Under the pieces are notes generated by a model. It made no database searches, was not told the origin of the DNA, and saw only the letters and a program-made list of their open reading frames with translations. This document shows positions 1 to 10,014 of a stretch of 32,200 nucleotides of DNA, in pieces; the stretch's first letter is position 1, and each line of letters opens with the position of its first letter. The position numbers were made by a program, and so were the translations under genes. The stretch is taken from NCBI GenBank assembly GCA_051941275.1, contig JAVEBF010000084.1:1-32200 (forward strand), written 5' to 3'. Source of the stretch: Dirinaria sp. TL-2023a. Its lineage: Eukaryota.

Positions 1-59
1 GAGGAGGAGCGTTTTCGTTTTTGGAGGTGAGGTGGTAGGTGAGGACCTACGGTTGACAT
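1..59 (-). CDS. 5' end (partial, runs off the window) of a probable GPALPP-motif / DUF3752-family protein
   Basis: Reverse strand from ATG at 59 reads MSTVGPHLPPHLQKRKRSS..., resembling the 'MSxxGPxLPPHLxKRKR' N-terminus of fungal GPALPP1/DUF3752 proteins. Only 19 codons are visible. Confidence 0.5.
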   Translation of the reverse strand, partial: MSTVGPHLPPHLQKRKRSS

Positions 60-821
60 TTCTGCAGCTGGTGGGTTTGATATTGGGCAGAGGTGTGCTG
101 GATATTTGGAGCTAGGGGGATATTTGTTTGGGACTGTATCCTGTATCCTTGTGAGTTGTAAGGGAGGTCCATTGATATCACGTGAACACGCCAAGAAATC
201 GATATGATAACAACTTCATCCTAATAAGGTAAGGTAGTTGGGTCTCAGGACTTTTACTTCATTTCCGAGGAGATCACTCGAATGATCCTCAAGCTTGCTC
301 CAATCTGCTGTTCATATCATCCTGATACAATGGAAGATAGGCTAGGGATAGGTCACAGGATATCCTGAGGTAGATGCCCACGAGACTCATTTAGGACTTG
401 ATCTTTGCAATCTACGCCTTATGCCATCGTCGAACAGAATCTAAGGTGGAGAAGACTGTTTGGTGCCTTTTCCACATGGCGCATCGGGAGCGATAGCAGC
501 ATCTCAATATGGCGCTATCTATTTCAGTGCAACGGTGGTATGTGTGGGGTTAAATTCGCGATCATCTTCTAACATACGCATGTTGCTCCCAAAGAGTTAC
601 TGTCTGCAGGATTCAAATGCTAAGCTGATGCTTTTTGCACAGCTGAAGCGATCTCACAGATTCTGCGCTTACCTGATACCAGCGTGGTAAGAGGATACTA
701 AGGTCGTTGTGATTTCCATTTCAAGTCTCCTCATACCTCATTGTCTGGACGCATTTGGCAAACCTACCACTGCCTCTTTTAGCGAGCGTCGCTTTGCATC
801 TAAGAACATCAAATATCAGTC

Positions 822-2485
822 ATGGCCCTCCACGGTGTCGGTAGCGACCGCAAGCATTTCAATGACTGGCCAAACGAACCCAGATTGGAGACCTTGCGGG
901 AGCAAGAGGATCCCGTGCAATTGAAGGTGTCAAGCCAAATCCCACCCTACACTGCCGGAGTCCTGTACCACAGTGGGCCTGGAGGTCACTAGATCGGCAT
1001 CGTGAGTAAGGGCACATTCGAAGCATCCCACTGGTTTGACAGATTCGCCCAGACGCATCGACTTGTGCTTGCCTCGCCTAAAGAAGGCGAGCATATCACA
1101 GATATCTCATAAGTGTCCGGTCATGCATGCAGTGGTATCGTCAAGGCAGCCCGCAAATTGGGCAAATTTCATGGCGTCACATTTGGACGGAGTCAGATTG
1201 ATGCGAGTCGTTCTTTAAGAAACTCATGAGCTCCTTTTCAGCTGCAATGACATCTGGGCCTAAACCGACTACAGAGGTAAACATGGGCGTGACCGTGGGA
1301 TCTGATATGCCCGTTAGGGGACATCAATCGAGCAACCCAGGCACTAAGAATGGGAATTGAGTCAGCAATCTATGAATCAAGACTGACAGTGCTGTCTTAC
1401 ATTTGATCAATCCCACAACGTTAGAACCAATCTCCACTTTGCGCCACTCGAGGCTGTGTCTGTCGCTGGGAGGGCTATTTACCGCCTATACTCACGGATG
1501 GATCCCACGACGGGAGATTGCCATGATTCCAATCTCAACGTTGGAAGAAAGGCGACATATCGGGTCTTCCGAGTCTCAGCATCAGCCAGCGAGACGAAAG
1601 CGCTTACAAGCATTTCAGACCTATGTCAAAGCGGCTGATCTTCACTCTTTAATGATGACCGAGAGGCATATCGTCTTGTGTATCTATGATGCTTCTTTTG
1701 CAGGCGGAGCAGCGAAGGTCCTTTGGACCAGGAACATACTTGACGCAATGGAATTTCATCCTGGTAAGCAGAACGTTTGGCTCGTCGTTGGCCGACAGGG
1801 TGAGAAAGATCTTGTCGGTGCATATGAATCGGATCCCCTTTTCACCTTTCATCCTGTCAATGTGTGGAAAATCCCGTCAAACATTGTGCCCGGCGCATTT
1901 GATATAATCATAGATGTGCTAGCCTACGGAGCTCTAAGTGTACTCAAGCGCTTTTACTATGACAACATGAAAAGCATATCGCCCTAATCGCTCGAATATA
2001 TCAGCGCAGACGCATGCCGTGCTCACATGCAACGTTTCAAACTTGCAGATGTCAGATCAACAACGCTGCATGTGACGAGTACGCCTCGTAGAATCCAAGT
2101 GGAACTTAAATGCTCAAGCAAGAAAACGCCGCAACTACCTACATTCAATTTAAAATTCACCTGCAAGCCATCCCGCTATATTTATGGCGTCAGCGACCCG
2201 GGCAATTCCACATTCTTAGACGGCCTTCTTAAATTCGATTTCGAGACAGACGACGCAAGCATGGATGCAGCACGCACATTCACCCGGTGAGGATTTTTTC
2301 GTGCCTAATCCTGAAGGCAATACCGATGATTATGGAGTATTGCTTTCTGTAGTGCTTGACGGGAAAAGAGCAAAAATATCTGCTTGTTCTGGATGCCAAA
2401 TCTTTTCAAGACGTTGGACGAACGGACATGGACAGTGGGATTTTCTTTTTGGTTCCACGGTAATCATGACGCTTCAGATCTATGA
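822..2485 (+). pseudogene. Carotenoid cleavage oxygenase (RPE65/CCO family, torulene-dioxygenase CAO-2/CarT-like) pseudogene
   Basis: Family-typical segments are spread over all three frames: ATG 822 ...HFNDWPNEP..EQEDPVQLKVSSQIPPYTAGVLYHSGPG; HWFDRFAQTHRL (1029); INPTTLEPI; DPTTGD..NLNVGRKATYRVFRVS; LHSLMMTERHIVLCI; ESDPLFTFHPVNVW; KPSRYIYGVSDPGNSTFLDGLLKFD; HSPGEDFFVPNPEGNTDDYGVLLSVVLDG; YLLVLDAK; terminal FHG (2453-2461). In-frame stops at 990-992 (TAG) and 1985-1987 (TAA), plus several frameshifts. Confidence 0.85.
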
Positions 2486-3285
2486 GCTCATCAATCCGAC
2501 ACATGAGTCCTCCGCACAGCGCATGTTCCCTGCCCTGCTCCGCTCCGTCATTCCTTCATGAATGGCACTCTCAGCCCAATGATCTCATTCCAAGAAGCCT
2601 ATTTGTACATATCCACCTCAGCCATGTATCCGTGGCAATTCCAGGATCAAGTCGTCAACCACTCTAATCCCGATGATCTTCAGCTGCTGGATGGCGTGAA
2701 CTGCTAGGAACTGCATTCAGAGTCCACAAGGGGAAACTTAAGGTAGGTTTCGGCAATCCATCGAGTAGTTCGGTTGTTGAGCGTTGGCTGATTAAGGTAA
2801 GGTGTCTCACCTTTCTCCAGCCTAGCTTTGATTTAGCGTCCCGAGGTTTTCTTGCCTAAAGATATGTACCTTAAGGTATTTAACCCCCCAATTAAAGTAC
2901 TCGTACATGAAGTAGACGTACACAGTACTACTCTATGCTCGCTTCAGAGGAGACTACTGGGCATGATTCTGCGAAGAGTTGCATACATCGAATACACTCA
3001 GAGCACACGACACTTTTTGAGGGTATTCTGCGAGAATTGAGAGCCGGCAATTGTTTCATTTGTTGTACCAGCACCATGATTGGTTTGGGGATTTGCAACT
3101 ACCTGGCATGTACCCACGACTCGTCTAATAAGTACAAGGAACACCATATGTTTGCCCGCATTGGGTCATTCTTTTACACCATCCCACATGCATTCACCGC
3201 CTAGATGTTAAAATCTCGATCCGAGGAATTTTTGGCCAGATCCTATACAATGGAAGAGTGTACGAAAAAGATACCCGCATGGAGA

Positions 3286-5499
3286 TTACAGCCAACCATT
3301 ACCCTTTTCTCCAATATTCTTACAAGAATCACCCTGCACTGCCTGCAAATACCGCCCAAGGGCCATCATGGGAAAATAGTGGCGATAATAGCGGTATCCG
3401 ATATAAAAGTACCCGGGAAATCCAACCCCGGTATACAAACGCTCAGGCCATGATGCTCCTTCGCCAACGATGTCGGTCTGGGAAGACAATAGATGAGCAA
3501 CTCCCCTTTCGATGGCATCGTCGCTTGGCGAGCAATAAGCCAGCAAGCCCATGAGGGCCCACGCGGTCTGTGATGGTGTCGAAGGACCACGTCCGGCCCA
3601 TGTTGGGTCTTTGTATGATCGTAGGTCCTCGCCCCATCCTCCATCGGCATTTTGAAACCTTTTCAGCCACAAAGCTGCCGACTGTTGGATTCCCTGGATC
3701 ATACTGTTCCCTTTCGAGAAGTAGGATAGGCCTACGAGCGCCATACACGTGCCAAAAATGTAATTCGATGCCCAGCGGCCGAAGAAAGAGCCGTCTGACT
3801 CTTGGTTCCTCCGAAGGTAGGCGATTGCCCGTTCCGAAGCTGCTGTGATGCGGTTCAGTAAGTCTGGAGCGATGTACTCCTGCCGACTGAGCTGTATCAT
3901 CGTTCCGAAAGCTTCTAGGATGCGGCTAGTGACATCGGGGGTCGACGGATCACAAAGGCTCTCCATGTCGCTGAACGGGAGGCTATTCAACCACAACTTA
4001 TTGTTTTCGTGGTCAAAGCCACCCCATCCGCCATCGCGATTCTGCATCCCGCAAATCCACGTCGTCGCTCGTGCGACCGTGTCGGATTCGACAGATTGGG
4101 GATTCTGTTTAAGGAAAGCAAGTACGACGGCGGCTGTGTCATCGATATCGGGATACCAAGAGTTATAGTATTCGAAGGCAAAACCACCAGCGACTATGTT
4201 TGGTTTGAAGATGCGCCAGTCACCCTCAGGTCCAAGGATCTGACGAGCTTTCGTCCATCTGATTGCACGTCTGAGACGCTCGTCTCGAGTATCCATGCCA
4301 GCATCGCATAAGGCCCGGACCATCAAGACTGTGTCCCAAACTGGAGAAACACTTGCCTGAATTCGCTTCCCTCTTTCATCCTGCCATGCGAATCGCTCGA
4401 TCGCCTGAAGTCCGCGCTGGATCCGCATATCTCCCAAGCTAACGCCTTCGAGGACTAGAGCCTGGATATTAAGAAGCATTGGAGGCATGATCCCGGCCCA
4501 ATCACCCGCATCCTCTTGACGATCCCAGATCCATTTCACGCATTTACGTCGAGCATAGCCGCGAAGAGGAAAATATCGGAGTCCTCCAAGCGCGTACAAC
4601 ATCTTATCAAGTACGGCAAACACAAAGCCAAACCGGTCATTCTTCCACAGTTCTGCAAGTGGTGGGCTGCAGGGTACCTTTTTGTCTGCAGGGTCCGTCC
4701 AAAGCTCGTCTAGGAAATCGTTCTGCGCCGAAAGACCATTGGGTAAAGCATAAAGAGGTCGATGATGGCAAATGATAAGCAGTGGCACAACATGCGCGCG
4801 AGCCCATGAGGAAACTAGGTATATATTGATTGGAGACGACCCGGGCATGAGAATAAACTCTGTGGGAAGTTGGGGTACGGTATCCCAGGAACAGAGACCG
4901 AATTGGGCGAAGAAGATACGCGTAAATACACGAGCTTTGGCTAGTCCTCCGGCTCCCAGGATGAAGTCGCGCGCTCTTCGCATTTGAGCATTATCTCTTG
5001 AAACTCCGAGGATCTTCAGAGCCAGGTAAGCTTCAGCAGTGGCTGAGACATCACCAGCATACTCAGGCGCTATTGCCCAAGATCCATCTGAGTTTTGTTC
5101 CGACAAAAGATAGGATTCATATGCCTTCCCGTCGAGATCTTGATCCAGTCCGAACTTCTGACGGAACATGATATGCTCAGCGGTGACAGTCACGTTCGAG
5201 CACAGTTCAGCGCACCAGTGACCGTCAGAGTGCATCTCATCCAATGCAAATCTGGTTGCCGATGAGAGGGCTCGGGAGGTTCTTGAGAGAAGCGACTCAT
5301 CCCCTGGTTTCGGCTTCTCGTCTAGGAAGAGATTCGTTTCGACAATTGAGTCGTGGTTCATTTTGGCCTTTTCGTGTAGGAGGAGATCCGTGTCGCCGAT
5401 TGAATCATGGTTCGTTTTGGCCTTTTCGTTCAGGAGAAGATCCGTTTCGACGACCGAGACATGGCCTGATTTAGCTTGATTATCTAAGAGAAGATCCAT
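3286..5499 (-). CDS. shc: Squalene-hopene cyclase (bacterial-type class II triterpene cyclase), 737 aa, intronless
   Basis: Uninterrupted ORF. Catalytic FAFEYYNSWYPDIDDTAAV carries DxDD, not the DCTAE of oxidosqualene cyclases. QW repeats QNSDGSW, QEDAGDW, QNRDGGW, QESDGSF, QNADGGW; also SNVTVTAE, QASVSPVWDT, STPSQTAWAL and YTGVGFPGYFYIGYRYYRHYFPMMALGRY. Confidence 0.95.
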   Translation of the reverse strand: MDLLLDNQAKSGHVSVVETDLLLNEKAKTNHDSIGDTDLLLHEKAKMNHDSIVETNLFLDEKPKPGDESLLSRTSRALSSATRFALDEMHSDGHWCAELCSNVTVTAEHIMFRQKFGLDQDLDGKAYESYLLSEQNSDGSWAIAPEYAGDVSATAEAYLALKILGVSRDNAQMRRARDFILGAGGLAKARVFTRIFFAQFGLCSWDTVPQLPTEFILMPGSSPINIYLVSSWARAHVVPLLIICHHRPLYALPNGLSAQNDFLDELWTDPADKKVPCSPPLAELWKNDRFGFVFAVLDKMLYALGGLRYFPLRGYARRKCVKWIWDRQEDAGDWAGIMPPMLLNIQALVLEGVSLGDMRIQRGLQAIERFAWQDERGKRIQASVSPVWDTVLMVRALCDAGMDTRDERLRRAIRWTKARQILGPEGDWRIFKPNIVAGGFAFEYYNSWYPDIDDTAAVVLAFLKQNPQSVESDTVARATTWICGMQNRDGGWGGFDHENNKLWLNSLPFSDMESLCDPSTPDVTSRILEAFGTMIQLSRQEYIAPDLLNRITAASERAIAYLRRNQESDGSFFGRWASNYIFGTCMALVGLSYFSKGNSMIQGIQQSAALWLKRFQNADGGWGEDLRSYKDPTWAGRGPSTPSQTAWALMGLLAYCSPSDDAIERGVAHLLSSQTDIVGEGASWPERLYTGVGFPGYFYIGYRYYRHYFPMMALGRYLQAVQGDSCKNIGEKGNGWL

Positions 5500-5508
5500 T
5501 TCGACGAT
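5281..5508 (-). repeat. 54-bp (18-aa) coding tandem repeat, about 4 copies, at the SHC N-terminus
   Basis: Units DLLLDNQAKSGHVSVVET / DLLLNEKAKTNHDSIGDT / DLLLHEKAKMNHDSIVET / NLFLDEKPKPGDESLLSR at 5496-5443, 5442-5389, 5388-5335 and 5334-5281. DNA similarity continues about 9 bp upstream of the ATG. Confidence 0.9.
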
Positions 5509-8309
5509 GTCAGAGGAGAGAAGTCGTCGGCGGCACGCTCGAATCTATCGTCCTCTCTTAACTATTAACGTTGATGCCAACATTGGCGTTACAGTATATG
5601 GCATACTTGAAGGTGGTGCAACAGCAACGAATGGGCCCATCTCTGTCGCCACAGCCGAGGATTAGGCCAAAGAATGGTTGAGATTAGGAAGGAGCTCCAC
5701 GCAGCGTTAGCGGCGAACATTCGAAGAATGCATTAGCTGAATTAGGTTCCATGTCACAACCTGTGCAGGGAATGGGACGATCGATTTTCAGCTTGGCGTT
5801 GTGGCCAAATGAAACTGGGCGTGCGATTGAGCCATGTCTGCGTCTGGATCGAGTTCAGGATGGGCTCGGATGTCCCTTTGGGGATTGCTATGATGACGGA
5901 GAAAAGCCCTACCATTTACCTGGCAATGCTTATCGGTGGATAACGCGGGTCAGCTCGCTAAGTGGCATTCTGGAGACATCTAGACCTCGAACGCTAATTT
6001 TGATCGATTGTACTAGGCAAGAATCCTCCGGATGTCGTGACTTCTGGGCGTTGCTTCCAACATCTTCAACCCCTACCCCTACGGTATGGATCATATACAG
6101 TTACGTCTACGTTGATCATACGTTGATCATACAACGTTGGCGCGATTCGCCTACCCTGAAACCTTGAGAATAGGACCAGTTATACACTGGAATACTAGCT
6201 TATACTTACATTGTCAGGCCTCGGGGGCCCTCGACCCGAGGCGCATGGTCGGGCGCTTTCCGGCTCGGATTATAGCACCCGATCGGCCGCGCCGACGCAT
6301 TTCATGCAGTAGCCTTGGAATGATTCCGATTAAGAGCTGCAAAAATGTACCGGCAAGAAAGGGCATCGGACTGTGGATGACGAATGAGAAGGGTTAGGAT
6401 GCGCCAAACACTACTGGATGTAGAAGCGCTATGGCAAATCAGGCCTACCAAAGGTGCGGTAGGGCGAGGGAAAGCCAACCTCTGTTCCCGTTTAGATAAC
6501 GATTATCACGAACCTATGGAACATCGGCAATGAGCGTTACACGGCATTGGCGCCGATGGGAGAATCATTGCCGACTATCTCGCAACCCAGGTTCGCGCAT
6601 TTTCGTAACGGGTTTTGCCCAGCCCATCATCAACGTCTTCCACCCTCCCTGTCTGCCTCCCCACAGTTGCTGATACCCCAAATTTCAACGTCTCGGCTTT
6701 CATCAGGGCAGTACCGCCGCCTGCAGGGAAGATGGTGGAATCATACGCGCATACAGGATTTCTTCATCATCTGCATATCGATCAGCCAAAAATGCATCCG
6801 CTCTCGAAGACGATGATAGGCCTCGACCGATTCGCTTGCCACTTCGCTTACTCGCCTGCGCTCGTATGTCGTTCTCAACACCCTGCTTCCCTCTCCCCCA
6901 CACTCTCCTCTCGCATTCTCTCTCTCTTTTCCACTTGTCCTGGCTCGACCCAGGCCATATCGACCTGTGTAGGAAGAAGCAGAGGCCCCAGCGCACGCCT
7001 CTCCTTGGGCCCCCCAACAATATCGCCCGAACATCTGCATGCTTTTTGCTTGGCAAGGGTGTGTTGGTACGCTGGAAGTAAAAAAATCGCCTAACGTCGA
7101 TCGATCCATGCGTTTGTTCAATCAGCAAAAGTCAGGGTTAGGTCTTTGGAGGACCGTGAAGCCCGGATAAGGTAAGGTAGGGTAAGGTAGTTTGGGCACA
7201 AGCTAGGAGCTCCTGCATGGCCACCATAGCGCCGCACTAACCCTACATGCGTACGTAGCTCACCTTACAGTATCCTTACTTCCCCCAGCTTACGAAGACG
7301 ATCGTAGACGCCCGTTCCGGGGTGCACAGTACCGAGACATCATACATCCACATACATACTGTATGGAAGGATGAGCCATGTTCCAGAGGATTCACCTTTT
7401 AGGAGAAGGGAGCGGGGAAGATCATGCGCGTCTCTGTTTCCAGAGATCTCACCTCAGACGGATCCTTACAGTACGTCAAAGACCAAGCCTCTGGCCAGGC
7501 AAGCCTTCTTTTTTGCCATTTCCACACGTGGCACGGGGCCTCGGCGCGACCCCGTCCGGTATTTTATTCGTCCAGCCGTGCGCGGGCGCGGGTGGACTTT
7601 TTGGGTGCGGTGCTTGGCAAACCTTAATTCGATGCGCCTTCTTTCCCAGGCTTCCAGCGGTTTCGCCGGTTTGCCAAATTGCGATCCACCAGTCCTGTTG
7701 CATAGAGTATGTACTGCACTGTAAGGTAAGACATGTTCTTGCAACCGGTTCAGGTAAGGTGGTCCGGAGTACTGGACATCGAATGACACCTTCAGAGTAC
7801 TCCGTACGGAGACAGCATGTATCTGTCAACTGGTATTCCAATCAAAACCCCTACAAACTCCACACTAAATTGAGCCACACAGGGCGCACGGCTACCTTCC
7901 ACCCCCCCCACATTGACCATGGACTGATGCTCACTGCGAAGCGAAGAGGGTTGGGAAGAAGCAGGTTTTCGCAGCTGATATGTGCATCCACTGTAAGGAG
8001 CTCTGCTGTGTGTATCCCAGCAAGGCCAGCTAGAACTTGTAGGGTCGCCTCATGGTCATGGATCCCCCGGCCTTGATACCTGGTCCCTGGAAAGACTGAT
8101 GACTGACCCCCAGATGCACCTAATAATGAAGCACACCTGGTGACCTCTAGTCTCTAGACACGGCCCCTTCGTCTCCGCTGCATGTCTCGGCGGTCCTCAG
8201 GGCTTTGGACAAGGTTTTCACGTATTTCTTTTGTAGATCTTGGCTTATGTGCAAGGCTACATACTACTGTGTTCTTTGCGTTCCTACAAGAATCTCTACA
8301 AAAGAGTAC

Positions 8310-10014
8310 TTATTTGGCTCTTGATTCTGGCGTCAACGCCACCACCACACCATTTGCATTGAGGAGACTCAAGCCAATCTGCTCCTGCCACCTTCGTGTG
8401 TCACGGGGCTCAAGTTTGGCGAACGTTTGGAGCATCCGGATTGTCACGTAGGATGCTGATGCGAGGGCGTAGTGTTCTGTGGAATCATCCACAGGAGGAA
8501 TACATTAGCATGAGGACTTTGTTTTCTATGTTTAATTTTCGTGGTGGAATGTCTGAAGGGAGGAGGGGAAACCCAGCAAATTGGAACTTACGGCCAGGGC
8601 AAGCTCGGGGACCGAGATGGAAAGGAATATAGCCGAGTCCTTCCACTTTCAGATGTTCCCACCGTTCAGGTCGGAACTCGTGCGCGTCATCGCCGAAATT
8701 CTGGACACTGCGATGGCTAGCCCAGGAGGAAAATATCACCTGTTCGCCTTTGGAAACCACGATGGGCGAAGTACCGTTGGGCCCCCCACCGCAGGGTAGT
8801 ACGGTGTCTTTATTTGCAACCCGCCCACTGAACGGTACTCCGGGGTATAACCGCATCGCTGTTGAACTGTCAGCGTGAGGTCTCAGCATGACCAATATTG
8901 ATGCGACTACTGGTGGCAGACCTTCATTGAACACATGGCGGAGATACGCGAAGCTCTTGATTTCGTCGTACGTAGGTTCTCTGTGGCCTACGCCATCGAG
9001 GATATTTTTTCGAAGCTTTTGGAATACTCTCTCGTCCCGTGCCAGCAGATAGAATGTCGCCGTTAGCAGGCTTGCAACGGTGTCAATAGCGGCGATCAGT
9101 ATCGACTCGACTCCCTCGCGCAATGCAACAGCGTCGCTGGTGTACTCTGTGAGGGAATGCAGCATGTTGTATCCTTCCGTCGGTTCACCATTTGTCGTTG
9201 CCTTTTCTGCTGGCTGCTGCCGCTTCTCGGTAGCTTGTTTAACCCGCCGTTCTACGAATCCGTGGAATACTTGGCACGCTTTGTAGTAACGCTTGTGACT
9301 CAGGATCACATGCAGAGGACCCATGAAGCCATCTCTCGCCATTATCTTCTTCACATACACCAGAGCCTCCACGAAACGCCGCTGCTCTTCCGTCTGCGAA
9401 GGGCTCAGCATGTTCGATGATTCTCCAAGTGCGAACGCAGTCGTAAGGTCTATTACGAGTTTTAGAAAGAGAGGTTGAAGGTCACACGGAGCTCCTCCGG
9501 ACAAATGAATCTCTCGTAACAAGTTCTCAATGTGGTACTCGTGCCGCTGCAGATCCAGAATCGAACGAGTGTGAGAGAATTCGTCCCGATACACGGCCCT
9601 CGCGGCTTTCCATTCTTGGCCGTCCAAGGCCAAGATACCATGCTCGGCAACATCTTTGAAAATGTGCACCCGACCAGGACGAACATCATAGTCTGCGAAG
9701 CCGGTGACGAGGATATGCTTCAAGTTGCGCGGATCACAGGTAAAGACGATCGTCTCAGTCAAGATTTTCTGAGTAAACGTTCGACCGTGTTTATCGAACA
9801 GATTGGTGATATTCCTAAGCGCTGTCTGCCCCGCAAAGTGACGACTCGTCGTGTAGAGATTTATAAGCCCAAGGTAGTCGTATGGTTGTACTGCTGGCGC
9901 AGCCTGACAACTATTAGATCTTGAGAATTGGCTTGATTGTCGCCATCGTAATGCTTTCTTCAAGACGCATGCCACTGACAGGAATGCCAGAGCTCCAAGG
10001 AAAATGTCGAACAT
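8310..10014 (-). CDS. Cytochrome P450, CYP52 clan-like; 3 exons (10014-8922, 8858-8592, 8476-8310), about 508 aa
   Basis: N-terminal membrane anchor; [23 protein letters not shown]-helix [13 protein letters not shown]-helix NEAMRLYP (ExxR appears only after splicing 8921-8859, GTCTGC..GCTGAC..CAG); FRPERW; heme motif [11 protein letters not shown] second intron 8591-8477 (GTAAGT..GCTAAT..CAG) joins [19 protein letters not shown]. Confidence 0.92.

Noticed and set aside
1403..1987. 194-aa ORF as an independent gene
   Set aside because: It is one frame-fragment of the carotenoid oxygenase pseudogene; part of the homology lies in other frames.
3286..5499. Lanosterol synthase (ERG7) interpretation
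   Set aside because: Has DIDDTA (SHC type) rather than the DCTAE motif of oxidosqualene cyclases.
7378..8076. 232-aa + strand ORF and overlapping ORFs
   Set aside because: Arg/Cys/Ser-rich with no motif, and it spans the intergenic TAAGGTA motifs; looks non-coding.
8485..8591. C-terminus of the 509-aa ORF-track P450 (RKFQFAG...SSCG)
   Set aside because: Read-through into intron 2; the true last exon is 8476-8310.
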